From NCBI GenBank assembly GCA_050015075.1, contig JBEKCB010000003.1, positions 32,001-96,000 of the forward strand: a stretch of DNA of 64,000 nucleotides, written 5' to 3'. The stretch is from Candidatus Brocadiia bacterium. GTDB lineage: Bacteria > Planctomycetota > Brocadiia > CAIUPP01. Under the pieces are notes generated by a model, which was not told the origin of the DNA, searched no databases, and worked only from the letters and a program-made list of their open reading frames with translations. This document shows, piece by piece, positions 53,581 to 63,177 of this stretch. A program made the position numbers and the translations under genes. The stretch's first letter is position 1. Every line of letters begins with the position of its first letter.

Positions 53581-55646
53581 GGCCCTCGCCGCCTTTCGGT
53601 CAACTTCTGTTCCAGGGCGCGGACGCGCTCTTCGCCGTGGGGCAGGTCCGGTTCCAACTGGAGCGCCTGGCGCGCCGACGCGAGCGCGCTTTCGATGTCC
53701 CCTTTCTCCCCGTAGATTATCGAGAGGTTCCAGAGGATTTTCCAGTCGCCGGGCGAAAGTTCCTGCGCCTGCAGCCCGTGGCTGAGCGCGGCGTCCGTCT
53801 GGCCGGCTTGCAGGTAAAGCGCGCTCAGCGCCAGGTGCGCGTCGGGAATGTGCTGGCGGAGACCGAGCGCGATGGCTTTCTCGAGCAGAGGTATCGCCTC
53901 GGCCTGCCGGCCGCGCGCGATGAGGCACCGGCCGAGGCTGTATGCCGCCAGGGCGCAATTCGGGTCTTCCTGCAGCTTAGCGCGGTAGTCCTGTTCGGCG
54001 CTCGCCAGAAGTGAAGGCGATTCCAGGACGGCGAAGTCGAAATCGTCCGGCCGGACCGAGTAGATGTGTTCGCGGCCGAGGAAGGCCGCGCGGTCCGGAG
54101 TTCGCTGGACGTAAATCGCCGAGCGATCGTCCCAGTCCACGAGCGCCCACTCCGGCGAACGGTGGAGCGCGTCCAGGAGCCGCGCTTCGGTGGGACTATG
54201 CGTCGGCATAACGCAGATCTCCACCGAGTAACCCGCGAGGACCCGCGGCCAGTCCGGTTCGGCGTGGGCGACGGCGGCATAAGTGCGCAACAGCGCCGCC
54301 CCATAAACATCCACGCGCCCGTCAATGAACACGCGGTTCTGCGGGTACCGCGCGAACAGGAGATAGTTGCCGTCCTGGTAGGAGTTGAAAAGGTTCCCGT
54401 CCAGTCGGCGCTCGGCGAGATATCGTGCGGCGCCTTCGGGAAACATACTGTGGTCAATGCCGATGCCTGCGCGCTTCAGGCGGAAGCCGCCCAGCGCCGC
54501 GATCGCCAGCGCGACGCAGACCAGGGCGACGGCCGCGGGCTTGATGAATGGGAATAATGGGAGAGATGGGAGGAATGGGCACGGCCATTTACGCTTCGTT
54601 CGTCCCCATTCTTCCCATCGCTCCCATATTTCCCATTTCGCCCATTTTTCCCAAAGCGCGCTGAACTGGCCGGCCGCGATGGGCGCAATGGCGATCATCG
54701 CCAGGGCCGTGTGGCGCTTGGCTCTCAGGGCGAGCGCGCCGAAGGCGAGCACGATCAGCGCATCGGTCAGCCGCGCCCGGCGCGGCGCCGCCAGGATCGC
54801 CAGCAGGAAAATCCCCGCGCCGACGAGCCGGATGTCCAGCCAGTACGCCAGGTCCGGGCGCTGCCACTCGGCGATGACGGCGCTCAGTTCCGGCGAGCTC
54901 GTTAGTTTCAGCGGCACCTCCCAGATGCGAAAGCCATATGGATTGACCAGCGTCGCGGCCGCTGCCAGCCCCAGCGCCGCCCAAAGCCGCAGCACGGCCG
55001 GTTTCGGCAGAGCCGAGGCCGCGCCGAAGAGCCGCAGCGCGGTCTCGCCGGCGCAGATCAGTCCCAGCCACGCCAGCCCGGCGGGCCAGGCGCCGTGCAT
55101 GTTGACCCACGGCGCCATCAGGATCGCCGGCAGCACGAAGTACGCGCCGCGCCCCGAGCGGACCTTCTCCACCGCGAGCAGCCAGCCGGCGAAGAAAATC
55201 CAGGTGAACGCCTCGGGCCGCGAGAAGAATCGAGGCGAGACCGCGCAGAGCGCCAGCGCCGTCGCGAGGGCCGCCGCCGGCCACCCGGCGCGCGGCTGGA
55301 TGCGGATCGCCGCCATCAGCAGCAGCGCCAGGAGCGCCGCCGCCGCAGCCTGGAACAGCACCAGCCCCGCGCCGCCGCCGGCCTGGTAAACCCCGTAGAT
55401 GGAGAGCTGCGCCAGCCACTCGTACTGGATCCACGGCTTTCCCTGCGCTGTGCAACTGAAGACATCCACCGTGGCCGGCCCGCCGTTCTGTACCACGAAC
55501 CAGCCGGACTTGATGTGATGCCAAACGTCGGGGCTGCGCACCGGCTTGAGCGCCATCGCGAACGCGCAGAGCGCCACGACGACGATGAGGGCGATCCGTG
55601 TGGAAGCGGGCGGGCGGTCGCTCAATGAGCCATGGTCAATCGGCAC
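53577..55646 (-). CDS. Multi-TM GT-C-like membrane protein with C-terminal TPRs
   Basis: DVWHHIKSG, EWL, RPE, WVNMHG, NPYG, IAEW, VFIDGR.DVYG; TPR-like helices; stop overlaps the GT2 start. Confidence 0.75.
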   Translation of the reverse strand: MPIDHGSLSDRPPASTRIALIVVVALCAFAMALKPVRSPDVWHHIKSGWFVVQNGGPATVDVFSCTAQGKPWIQYEWLAQLSIYGVYQAGGGAGLVLFQAAAAALLALLLMAAIRIQPRAGWPAAALATALALCAVSPRFFSRPEAFTWIFFAGWLLAVEKVRSGRGAYFVLPAILMAPWVNMHGAWPAGLAWLGLICAGETALRLFGAASALPKPAVLRLWAALGLAAAATLVNPYGFRIWEVPLKLTSSPELSAVIAEWQRPDLAYWLDIRLVGAGIFLLAILAAPRRARLTDALIVLAFGALALRAKRHTALAMIAIAPIAAGQFSALWEKWAKWEIWERWEEWGRTKRKWPCPFLPSLPLFPFIKPAAVALVCVALAIAALGGFRLKRAGIGIDHSMFPEGAARYLAERRLDGNLFNSYQDGNYLLFARYPQNRVFIDGRVDVYGAALLRTYAAVAHAEPDWPRVLAGYSVEICVMPTHSPTEARLLDALHRSPEWALVDWDDRSAIYVQRTPDRAAFLGREHIYSVRPDDFDFAVLESPSLLASAEQDYRAKLQEDPNCALAAYSLGRCLIARGRQAEAIPLLEKAIALGLRQHIPDAHLALSALYLQAGQTDAALSHGLQAQELSPGDWKILWNLSIIYGEKGDIESALASARQALQLEPDLPHGEERVRALEQKLTERRRGP
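54547..54654. repeat. Palindromic 9-bp-period repeat inside the CDS
   Basis: About four ATGGG-containing units followed by about six CCCAT-containing units; translates as WEKWAKWEIWERWEEW...PFLPSLPLFPF. Confidence 0.75.
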
Positions 55647-55824
55647 GGATCGGTCCTCGGTGCAACCCGGCGAAAGTGCGCGGGCCTTCGCAAGGTTCGC
55701 TCGCGGGAGTATAGGAAAACCGGCCGTCGGCGCGCAAGGGGCCGCGCCTTCGCGGCGGATTTGACTTGACGCAGCGAGCGCCTTATGATGGATTCGACCC
55801 GGAATAATTGGAGGAGGACGACGG

Positions 55825-56022
55825 ATGGCGGACAAACCGAAAGAGGAAGAGGGCGGCAAGCATGAGTGCCCGTTCTGCGCGTTCTGGGCCGCGGCCAAAG
55901 ACTCGGAGGCGGCCGGGCATGCGCGCGGGATCGAGCGCGAATCGCTGCTCCTGGTGCGGAGCCTGCTGACGAGCTGCATCTCCGCGCTGGAAGGCCGGCA
56001 GAGCGGAAAATCGGGAAGCTGA
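55825..56022 (+). CDS. Small hypothetical protein with CPFC motif
   Basis: GGAGGAGG RBS; TTGACT-N17-TATGAT promoter at 55761-55789. Confidence 0.7.
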   Translation: MADKPKEEEGGKHECPFCAFWAAAKDSEAAGHARGIERESLLLVRSLLTSCISALEGRQSGKSGS

Positions 56023-56073
56023 CTCCGCGGCCCAGAGCAAGGTCGAAGAGGCCCGCGCCTCCCGGTTGTCGCG

Positions 56074-56265
56074 TCACGCTTTCTGGCGCTTGAAGAAGTA
56101 GTGCACCTTGTGCTGCGTCTCCTGGCGGCCGACCACGGTCGCCGTCTCCGTGACGACGAAGGCGTTGATGAGTTCGAACCCGTGCGCTCCGAGTTCGTTG
56201 AGCTGGGCTTCGGTCAGGAGTTCGTGGTACGGTTTCACCGCCGCCTTGTATTCCCAGGCTGCCAT
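56074..56265 (-). CDS. DUF4177-like small protein
   Basis: AAGGAGG RBS; WEYK...LNELGAHGFEL...YFFKR. Confidence 0.8.
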   Translation of the reverse strand: MAAWEYKAAVKPYHELLTEAQLNELGAHGFELINAFVVTETATVVGRQETQHKVHYFFKRQKA

Positions 56266-56424
56266 AGCGCCTCCTTTTCTGTAGCTGCATTCTCGACTGA
56301 TCGAAGTATAGTGGCGATTTTCAGCCGTGTCAATGAGCGGCCGTTGTGTTTGACGAGTCCCGGCCGCGAAGGTATATTCCCCTCTTGCGGCCGGACGGAC
56401 TCGCGTTAAAGGAGACGAGCGGAC

Positions 56425-57423
56425 ATGAAACGCGGTTTTTCCATGATGTTGCTCCTGGCGGCGACCGTGAGCGCCTGGAGCCTGTCGCCCGCGTTCGCGG
56501 ACGAGCCTGTCGCCGCCGCGCCGGCGGTCACCGCATCGCCGGCGGCCACAGTCGAGCCGGCGCGCACGGTTGCGCCGGGGCACGAGCCGGGCATGGCCGA
56601 CATCGCGCCCGAGATCGTGGCCACCGTCAACGGCAAGCCGATCAGCCGCGACCAGCTTGCGGCCCTTTGCATTCATTTCGAGGGCAAGGCAGGGCTCGAG
56701 ACGCTCATCCAGTACGAGTTGATCCGGCAGGAGGCGGCGAAAGAGGGCGTAACGGTCACTCCGGAAGAGGTCGCGGCCCACACCCGGAAAGCGGCGGAAG
56801 ATCGGCTCGACGCGCGCGCCCGGATGAACGGGGCGAAGGACTTCGCGGACTGGGCGGCGAAGAACGGTCTGAAGCCGGAGGATGTCGCGCGCCGCGTGCA
56901 CGACGAGGCGGACTGGCTGCGGCCGTTCGCCGAGCCGGAACTGCTCGCGAAAAAGATACTGCTCAAGTCGGTCAAGGTGACCGACGCCGACGTGCGCGCG
57001 GAGTTCGACCGCCGCTACGGGCCCAAGGCCAGAGTCCTGCAGATCGTGGTCCGCTCGGAGGCCGATGCGGAGGATGTGATCAAGAAGCTGAGTCTCGGGG
57101 CCGATTTCGCCGAGATGGCGCGCGACGTGTCGGTGGACAACGTCTCCCGGCGCAAGGGCGGCGAGATCCCGCCGATCGGCCCCGGATCGCCGCTCGGCGA
57201 CGCGGCCTTCAAGCTCAAGCCCGGCCAGTTCAGCGACCCGGTCAAGACGCCCGACGGCTTCCACGTCATCAAGCTGCTGGAAATGATGCCGGCCGTGGAC
57301 AAACGTCTTGAGGACGTGAAGGGGGATATCCAGGAAAGCCTGACCGCGCTCCAGTTGAGCGAGCGGCGCGAGAAATGGCTTGACGGGCTCTTCGACACGG
57401 CCGCGATCAAGCGGAATCTGTGA
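56425..57423 (+). CDS. Parvulin-type peptidyl-prolyl isomerase (PrsA/SurA-like)
   Basis: Signal peptide; VATVNG.PI, FAEMARDVS.D, KGG, S.PVKT..GFHVIK. Confidence 0.9.
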   Translation: MKRGFSMMLLLAATVSAWSLSPAFADEPVAAAPAVTASPAATVEPARTVAPGHEPGMADIAPEIVATVNGKPISRDQLAALCIHFEGKAGLETLIQYELIRQEAAKEGVTVTPEEVAAHTRKAAEDRLDARARMNGAKDFADWAAKNGLKPEDVARRVHDEADWLRPFAEPELLAKKILLKSVKVTDADVRAEFDRRYGPKARVLQIVVRSEADAEDVIKKLSLGADFAEMARDVSVDNVSRRKGGEIPPIGPGSPLGDAAFKLKPGQFSDPVKTPDGFHVIKLLEMMPAVDKRLEDVKGDIQESLTALQLSERREKWLDGLFDTAAIKRNL

Positions 57424-57462
57424 TCCGGCGCAAGGAAAACCGGGCGTCCAGCCGAGGGTGAC

Positions 57463-58653
57463 ATGAGAGTGAACGTCGCCGCGCGCGTGAAAGAGCTGCC
57501 GGTCTATCTCTTCGGCAAGCTCAACGCGCTCAAGTACGAGAAGCGGCGCAAGGGGCTCGACATCATTGACCTGGGCATGGGCAATCCGCTCGACCCGACG
57601 CCCAAGGCGATCGTGGACAAGCTCTGCCAGGCCGTCCAGGACCCGCGCAACCATCGCTACTCGACGGCGACGGGCATCTTCAGCCTCAAGCGCGAGGTTG
57701 GGCTGCTCTACGAGCGCCGCTACGGCGTGAAGATTGACCCCGCCAACGAGATCATCTGCACGATCGGGTCGAAGGAGGCGTTCTCGCACCTGTGCCTGGC
57801 GCTGCTCGGGCCGGGCGACACGGCCATCGTGCCGCAGCCGGCGTTCCCGATCCACTCGTACGCGATCCGCCTCGCCGGGGCCTCCGTCCTGCAAATCGGC
57901 CTGCACAGCGAGGAGCAGATGCTGCGCGACGTGGACGGCCTCATGCGCTCGCTGCGGCCGAAGCCCAAGCTGCTGGTGCTCAACTTCCCGCATAACCCGA
58001 CGACGGTCTCCGTCTCGCTGGAGTTTTTCGAGGACATGGCGCGGCTCGCCCGCAGGCACCGGCTGTTCGTGGTCAGCGACCTGGCGTACGGCGCCACGGC
58101 GTTCGACGGCTACCGGCCGCCGAGTTTCCTCCAGGCGAAGTACGGCAAGGACGTGGCCGTCGAGCTGACGACGATGTCGAAGGAATTCAATATGGCCGGC
58201 TGGCGCGTCGGCTACTGCGTGGGCAACCGCGACGCGGTCGAGGCGCTCGGGCGCGTGAAGGCGTATTACGATTACGGGCTGTTCCAGCCGCTGCAGATCG
58301 CCTCGATCATCGCGCTGCGGCACTGCATCCCCGACGGCGCGGAGCAGGCGCTGGTGTACCAGCAGCGGCGCGACGTGCTCTGCGAGGGCCTCGAGCGCGC
58401 CGGGTGGGACATCACGAAGCCGAAGGCCACGATGTTCGTCTGGGCGCCGATCCCGGAGCCGTATCGCCGCAGAGGCTCGGTCCGGTTCGCGTACGACCTG
58501 ATGGACAAGGCGCTGGTCGCCGTGGCGCCCGGCGCCGGTTTCGGCGAGGCGGGCGAAGGCTATCTGCGATTGGCGGTGGTTGAGAACGAAAAGCGCCTGC
58601 GCCAGGCCGTGGCGCAGATCCGCCGCGCGTTCCCCGCGGCGAATCGCTCGTAG
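57463..58653 (+). CDS. PLP-dependent aminotransferase class I/II (AlaC/DapL-like)
   Basis: DLGMGNP, GSKE, NFPHNPT, SDLAY, SKEFNMAGWRVG, PGAGFG. Confidence 0.92.
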   Translation: MRVNVAARVKELPVYLFGKLNALKYEKRRKGLDIIDLGMGNPLDPTPKAIVDKLCQAVQDPRNHRYSTATGIFSLKREVGLLYERRYGVKIDPANEIICTIGSKEAFSHLCLALLGPGDTAIVPQPAFPIHSYAIRLAGASVLQIGLHSEEQMLRDVDGLMRSLRPKPKLLVLNFPHNPTTVSVSLEFFEDMARLARRHRLFVVSDLAYGATAFDGYRPPSFLQAKYGKDVAVELTTMSKEFNMAGWRVGYCVGNRDAVEALGRVKAYYDYGLFQPLQIASIIALRHCIPDGAEQALVYQQRRDVLCEGLERAGWDITKPKATMFVWAPIPEPYRRRGSVRFAYDLMDKALVAVAPGAGFGEAGEGYLRLAVVENEKRLRQAVAQIRRAFPAANRS

Positions 58654-58702
58654 TGTGCCCGTAAGGGCATACGAAGTAGCGCCTGACGGCGCCACTGCGA
58701 GC
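58646..58702. repeat. GTAG-type REP-like cloverleaf element, copy 2
   Basis: Near-identical to 52784-52840; its TAG (58651-53) is the aminotransferase stop codon. Confidence 0.85.
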
Positions 58703-58737
58703 AACGCACTCGTACAGGCCGGACCCGGACGAAAAAT

Positions 58738-58790
58738 GCGATTACCCGCCTAAGCGGGCAAGCGATTACGAGCAAGATTACGATTACGAT
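58738..58790. repeat. REP-like element with gattac units
   Basis: Shares 14-bp and 21-bp flanks with the reverse complement of 9801-9849. Confidence 0.7.
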
Positions 58791-58811
58791 GGCGATGAAC
58801 GGAAAGGAACC

Positions 58812-59354
58812 ATGGCCCGAGAAACGCTCACGCCGGAGAGGATGAAGCCGGTCGCCGAGGCGCTGCTGTTCGCGAGCGACGAGCCGGTGCCCGCGGCGCG
58901 CCTGGCGCAGCTCCTCGGCAAGGGCGCGGACGCGAAGACGGTGCGGAAGCTGGTGGACGAGCTCAACGCCGAGTACGCCGGCCAAGGCCGCGCGTTCGAA
59001 GTCGTCGAGATCGCCGGCGGCTTCCAGTTGCTCACGCGGCCGGAGTTCAAGGACTGGGTCGCCGAGCTGCACCGGCACCGGCGGCAGGACAAGCTGACGC
59101 CGTCGGCGGTGGAGACGCTGGCCATCGTGGCGTACAAGCAGCCGATCCAGCGCGCGACGGTGGACGACATCCGCGGCGTGCAGACCGGTCCGCTGCTGCG
59201 CAGCCTGCTCGAACGCGGCCTCATCAAGGTCGTCGGCCGCCAGAACGTGCCCGGCCGCCCGATCCTCTACGGGACGTCCCGGATTTTCCTGCAGCACTTC
59301 GGGCTCAAGTCGCTCAAGGATCTGCCCCGTGTCGCGGAGCTGGCGCCGCCGTAA
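58812..59354 (+). CDS. scpB: SMC-Scp complex subunit ScpB
   Basis: EALLFAS.EP, AGGFQL.T, ETLAIVAYKQPI, IRGV, GRPILYGT...FL.HFGL.SL.DLP. Confidence 0.95.
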   Translation: MARETLTPERMKPVAEALLFASDEPVPAARLAQLLGKGADAKTVRKLVDELNAEYAGQGRAFEVVEIAGGFQLLTRPEFKDWVAELHRHRRQDKLTPSAVETLAIVAYKQPIQRATVDDIRGVQTGPLLRSLLERGLIKVVGRQNVPGRPILYGTSRIFLQHFGLKSLKDLPRVAELAPP

Positions 59355-59459
59355 TAAAACGGGGAAGAAGTATAAATGATGAGTGATAAACGGGAGCGCT
59401 TGCGCGCCCCTCTTGCACTTCATCATTCATCACTCCTGCCTCTTCGTTCAAAGGATCCC

Positions 59460-60614
59460 ATGCTGATCGTCGCCGACCAGAATATCGTTTTCGTGCAGGA
59501 GGCGTTCCGGGCGCTGGGCGAGGTGCGGCTGATGCGCGGGCGGGAGATGACACCGGCCGCCGTCCGCGACGCCACGCTGCTGCTCGTGCGCTCGGTCACG
59601 CCGGTCAACCGAGCGCTGCTCGAAGGGAGCGCCGTGCGGTTCGTCGCGACGGCGACGATCGGGTTTGACCACGTGGACACGGAGTACCTGCGCGAGGCTG
59701 ATGTGGCTTTCGCCGCCGCACCGGGGTCGAACGCGAACTCGGTCTCGGAGTACATCACCGCGGCGCTGCTGGTCCTGGCGCGGCGGCAGGGCAAGCCGCT
59801 CGAGGGCCGGACGATCGGCATTGTGGGCGCGGGCAACGTCGGCTCGCGCGTCGCCGCGAAGGTCCGCGCGCTGGGGATGCGCGAGCGGCTGAACGATCCG
59901 CCGCTCCGGCGCTCCACGGGCGATGCGAAGTACCGGCCGCTCGACGAGCTGATGGACTGCGATTTCATCACGCTGCACGTGCCGCTGGAGAAGAGCGGAC
60001 CGGACCCGACCTGGCACCTGGCGGGCGCGGATTTTCTGGCGCGGATGCGGCCCGGGACCGTGCTGCTGAACAGCTCGCGCGGGGCGGTGGCGGACAACGG
60101 CGCGCTGCTCCAGGCGCTGCACGCGGGCCGGCCCGGCGCGGCGGTGCTGGATGTCTGGGAAGGCGAGCCGCGCATCCGGCCGCCGCTCCTGGCGGAGGCG
60201 GCGCTGGCGACGCCGCACGTGGCCGGATACTCGTTCGACGGCAAGGTCAACGGGACGGAGATGATCTACCGCGCGGCGTGCGCGTTCCTGGGGCGAAAAC
60301 CGGACTGGGCTCCCGCGAGCTGCATGCCGCCGCCGCTGATCCCCGAGATCGAGCTTCGGCCGCGCCCGGCCGAACCGGAGGAAGCGCTTCGCGAGGCGGT
60401 GCTGAGGGTCTGCCCGGTCGAGCGCGACGATGCAGCGCTGCGCCGGCTCGGCGGGCTGCCGCCGGCGGACCAGGGGCCTTATTTCGATCGGCTGAGGGCG
60501 GAGTATCCGGTCCGGCGCGAGTTCCAGAATACGGCCGTGCGGCTGCGGGGCACTGACTCGGCGGCGAGCGCGCTCGCCGACAAGCTCAAGGGGATCGGGT
60601 TCAACGTCGCCTGA
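59460..60614 (+). CDS. pdxB: 4-phosphoerythronate dehydrogenase
   Basis: IVADQNI, LLVRSVT, TATIGFDH, APGSNANSV.EY, G.GNVG, LDVWEGEP, TPHVAGYS.DGK, YPVRRE. Confidence 0.93.
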   Translation: MLIVADQNIVFVQEAFRALGEVRLMRGREMTPAAVRDATLLLVRSVTPVNRALLEGSAVRFVATATIGFDHVDTEYLREADVAFAAAPGSNANSVSEYITAALLVLARRQGKPLEGRTIGIVGAGNVGSRVAAKVRALGMRERLNDPPLRRSTGDAKYRPLDELMDCDFITLHVPLEKSGPDPTWHLAGADFLARMRPGTVLLNSSRGAVADNGALLQALHAGRPGAAVLDVWEGEPRIRPPLLAEAALATPHVAGYSFDGKVNGTEMIYRAACAFLGRKPDWAPASCMPPPLIPEIELRPRPAEPEEALREAVLRVCPVERDDAALRRLGGLPPADQGPYFDRLRAEYPVRREFQNTAVRLRGTDSAASALADKLKGIGFNVA

Positions 60615-60622
60615 CGGCCCGA

Positions 60623-60779
60623 GTGTCGTATCCCGCAAATAACGTACATAAGTTCAGGCTATGTCATGCTGAGCGTAGCGAAGCATCTCACACTACAAAC
60701 TGTTGCCAAAGCTCAGCGTATGAGATTCTTCGCTTCGCTCAGAATGACCGCGCATTAACTTATTACTGGGACACCACAC
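60623..60779. mobile_element. MITE-like element with imperfect terminal inverted repeats and a nested REP hairpin
   Basis: Ends gtgtcgtatcccgcaaataa and ttattactgggacaccacac; inner tgtcatgctgagcgtagcgaagcatctc ... gagattcttcgcttcgctcagaatgac; AT-rich. Confidence 0.65.
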
Positions 60780-60791
60780 CAGGGCGCGCGG

Positions 60792-61811
60792 TCACTGCAA
60801 TTGCACGGTCCGGCTGTCCACGCCGTCCCACAGGTACGAGTCAATGTCCGGGTCCCACTGGACGCCGCCGGTGCTGTTCGGGCAGAAGATGTTGTCGGCC
60901 GGGTCGTGGCTGACGTTGACGGTATCGGTCCACTTCACGTGCCCGTCGAGGTACATCACATTCTGGCCGTTGTTGTGGTTGGGCCTGGGAGGCTGCGCGG
61001 TTGCGACGGGCTTGCCGGGCGTCTTCCCTGCTCCCTCCTGCTTGAATGCCTGCACGCCCTCAAAGCGCCACCAGTTGGCTGGGGAGGACTGGGCGCCGAG
61101 CCACCACGGTGGTGCAGGGTAGGCCGGCGACTGGCCGCCGGGCAGGAACCAGGTCTGCCCGTCGGCGTCGGCGGCCATGGCCTGGTCCACGCTGAGGTTG
61201 CGCGGCTGGGTCAACTCGTCATACAGGTAGCTGCATTTGTTCGCGGTGCTGACTTCGTTGCCGGTGTACGCCGCCGGGTCCACGGTGCTGATGAGTTGAC
61301 CGCCTGCATTGTACGAGGCGAACCCGAAGCAGGTATGCAGCGCGCTCCCATAATACTGCCAGGCGATCTGCGGGGTGTCGGTGGTCGAAGGGCAGGCGAA
61401 GACTTTGACGTCGGGGCAGTACGTCGGATACAGGCTGGCGAGCGAGGGCATCGGCTGGAACGTGCCGTCCAGGCTCTGGCCGCCCGTGGTGCTGACCATT
61501 CCTCCCGGGCCGCCGTCGTTAGTCCACCACGGGCCTCCGTTCGATGGACTGATAGTCCACGGGGCTCCATTCAACGTGCCTCCGGTCGGACTGGTGGCCT
61601 GCTGCATGAAGGCGGGGAAGTAATCGCCGTTGGGCTCCTGATACGAGATGCAGGCCTTGCCGATCTGCGCCAGGTTGTTGGAGCAACTCTTCCGGCGGGT
61701 CTGTTCTCGACCGGCCATGAGGGCCGGCAGAAGGATTCCGACGAGGATGCCGATGATGGCCATGACGATCAGGAGTTCGATGAGCGTGAAGGTCGAGGAT
61801 CGCCGCTTCAT
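60792..61811 (-). CDS. Prepilin-type N-terminal cleavage/methylation plus H-X9-DG (DUF1559-type) protein
   Basis: [24 protein letters not shown]...CSNNL.QIG; [15 protein letters not shown]. Confidence 0.92.
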   Translation of the reverse strand: MKRRSSTFTLIELLIVMAIIGILVGILLPALMAGREQTRRKSCSNNLAQIGKACISYQEPNGDYFPAFMQQATSPTGGTLNGAPWTISPSNGGPWWTNDGGPGGMVSTTGGQSLDGTFQPMPSLASLYPTYCPDVKVFACPSTTDTPQIAWQYYGSALHTCFGFASYNAGGQLISTVDPAAYTGNEVSTANKCSYLYDELTQPRNLSVDQAMAADADGQTWFLPGGQSPAYPAPPWWLGAQSSPANWWRFEGVQAFKQEGAGKTPGKPVATAQPPRPNHNNGQNVMYLDGHVKWTDTVNVSHDPADNIFCPNSTGGVQWDPDIDSYLWDGVDSRTVQLQ

Positions 61812-61971
61812 GTTTTCTCTCCTCCGTCCGGCGCCGGCTGTCGCCCACCTCATCAGCGTATCAACTTCCGCGGCGCGGCGCCAGCGAAAAGCGCGCGATG
61901 CGGCCGGAAAACACGAGAGGCGATCCCGAACGGGGATCGCCTCTCGGCACGATTCGCGTACGAGCGAAACG

Positions 61972-63003
61972 TTACTGGCCCGGCCAAGAGCTGTCGCCTA
62001 GAGTACCGTCCCACAGGTACGAATCTGTGTCGGCGCCCCATGCAGCGGTAGAGATACCCCAAGTACTCGCAAACCAACTTCCCTGCGGATTGTAAATGTT
62101 ATCCACGGGGTCGCGGCTGGCGTAGTTGGTGTTGCTCCACTTCACGTGGCCGTCGAAGTACATCACGTTCTCGCCGTCGGTGTGGTTGGAAATCGTCGGA
62201 CGCTGCCACCCGTACGGGATGCCGGAACCTGCTCCGAAGGCCCAGTTCGAGCCAGTCAGTCCCGGAGCGTAGTACGGCGGATGCTTACCGGTTGCGGTGA
62301 GCCAGGAATAACCGTCGGCATCGGACGCGATAGCCTGTCCCGGACCGATAACACGGAAGTTGGTCAGCTCATCGTAGAAGTAACTGCACTTGACGTTGGT
62401 GCTGACTTCGTTGCCGGTGAAAATCGCCGGATCGACGGTGTACGGATCACCACTAGGTCCCGGTATGAGCGCCTTCGAGATCGTCCCTGTCTCACCCTGG
62501 TCGGGCGAGAAACCGAAGCACGTGTGCTTGGCTCCGTTGTAATACCGGCAAGCGATCTGCGGCTTATCAGGCGTAGACGGGCACCCGAAGACCTTCACGT
62601 TGTCAATGTACGCAGGATACAGGCATGCCAGTGAGGGCATCGGCTGGAAACTGCCGTCGCTGCCTTGGGCGCCACTGTTCGTGGAGCCGCCCGGCGTCCA
62701 CAGAGAGTTCGCAGCCCACGTAATGGCGTTCGGATACCAATACGCGCTCTGGAAACCATCGTTCTGTGCGTACGGCGGATCACCGTAAAATGCCTGTTCA
62801 AACGCGGGGAAGAAGTCGCCGTTAGGCTCCTGGTACGTAACGCAAGCCTTAACGATCTGTGAAAGGTTGCTATCGCAGGACTTGCGGCGGCTCTCCTCTC
62901 GAGCTCTGGTCAATGCCGGCAGAAGCAGCCCGGCGAGAATTGCGATAATAGCGATGACGACCAGCATCTCGATCAACGTGAAGGAAGATATCCACTTTCT
63001 CAT
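61972..63003 (-). CDS. Prepilin-type plus H-X9-DG (DUF1559-type) protein, paralog
   Basis: [24 protein letters not shown]; [15 protein letters not shown]; AAGGAGGT RBS; TTGACT-N16-TATAAT at 63075-63102 (- strand). Confidence 0.92.
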   Translation of the reverse strand: MRKWISSFTLIEMLVVIAIIAILAGLLLPALTRAREESRRKSCDSNLSQIVKACVTYQEPNGDFFPAFEQAFYGDPPYAQNDGFQSAYWYPNAITWAANSLWTPGGSTNSGAQGSDGSFQPMPSLACLYPAYIDNVKVFGCPSTPDKPQIACRYYNGAKHTCFGFSPDQGETGTISKALIPGPSGDPYTVDPAIFTGNEVSTNVKCSYFYDELTNFRVIGPGQAIASDADGYSWLTATGKHPPYYAPGLTGSNWAFGAGSGIPYGWQRPTISNHTDGENVMYFDGHVKWSNTNYASRDPVDNIYNPQGSWFASTWGISTAAWGADTDSYLWDGTLGDSSWPGQ

Positions 63004-63177
63004 GTGTTTTCACCTCCTTTCCATTTTTGTCCCAAAGAATCCCCTGCCAAACTCACCATACCCCAAGCGAATGTATTATAGCCACGGGTGCGGCCAAGTC
63101 AATAGGAAATTTACAAGAATTTAAGGTATTTCTTTCATCCGCCGCCCGCGCTGCGCGTAAGGCTGCGGCCACGGCCT

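Noticed and set aside
60792-63003. Diversity-generating retroelement target/template pair
   Set aside because: There is no reverse transcriptase, and the differences include indels and are not adenine-specific.
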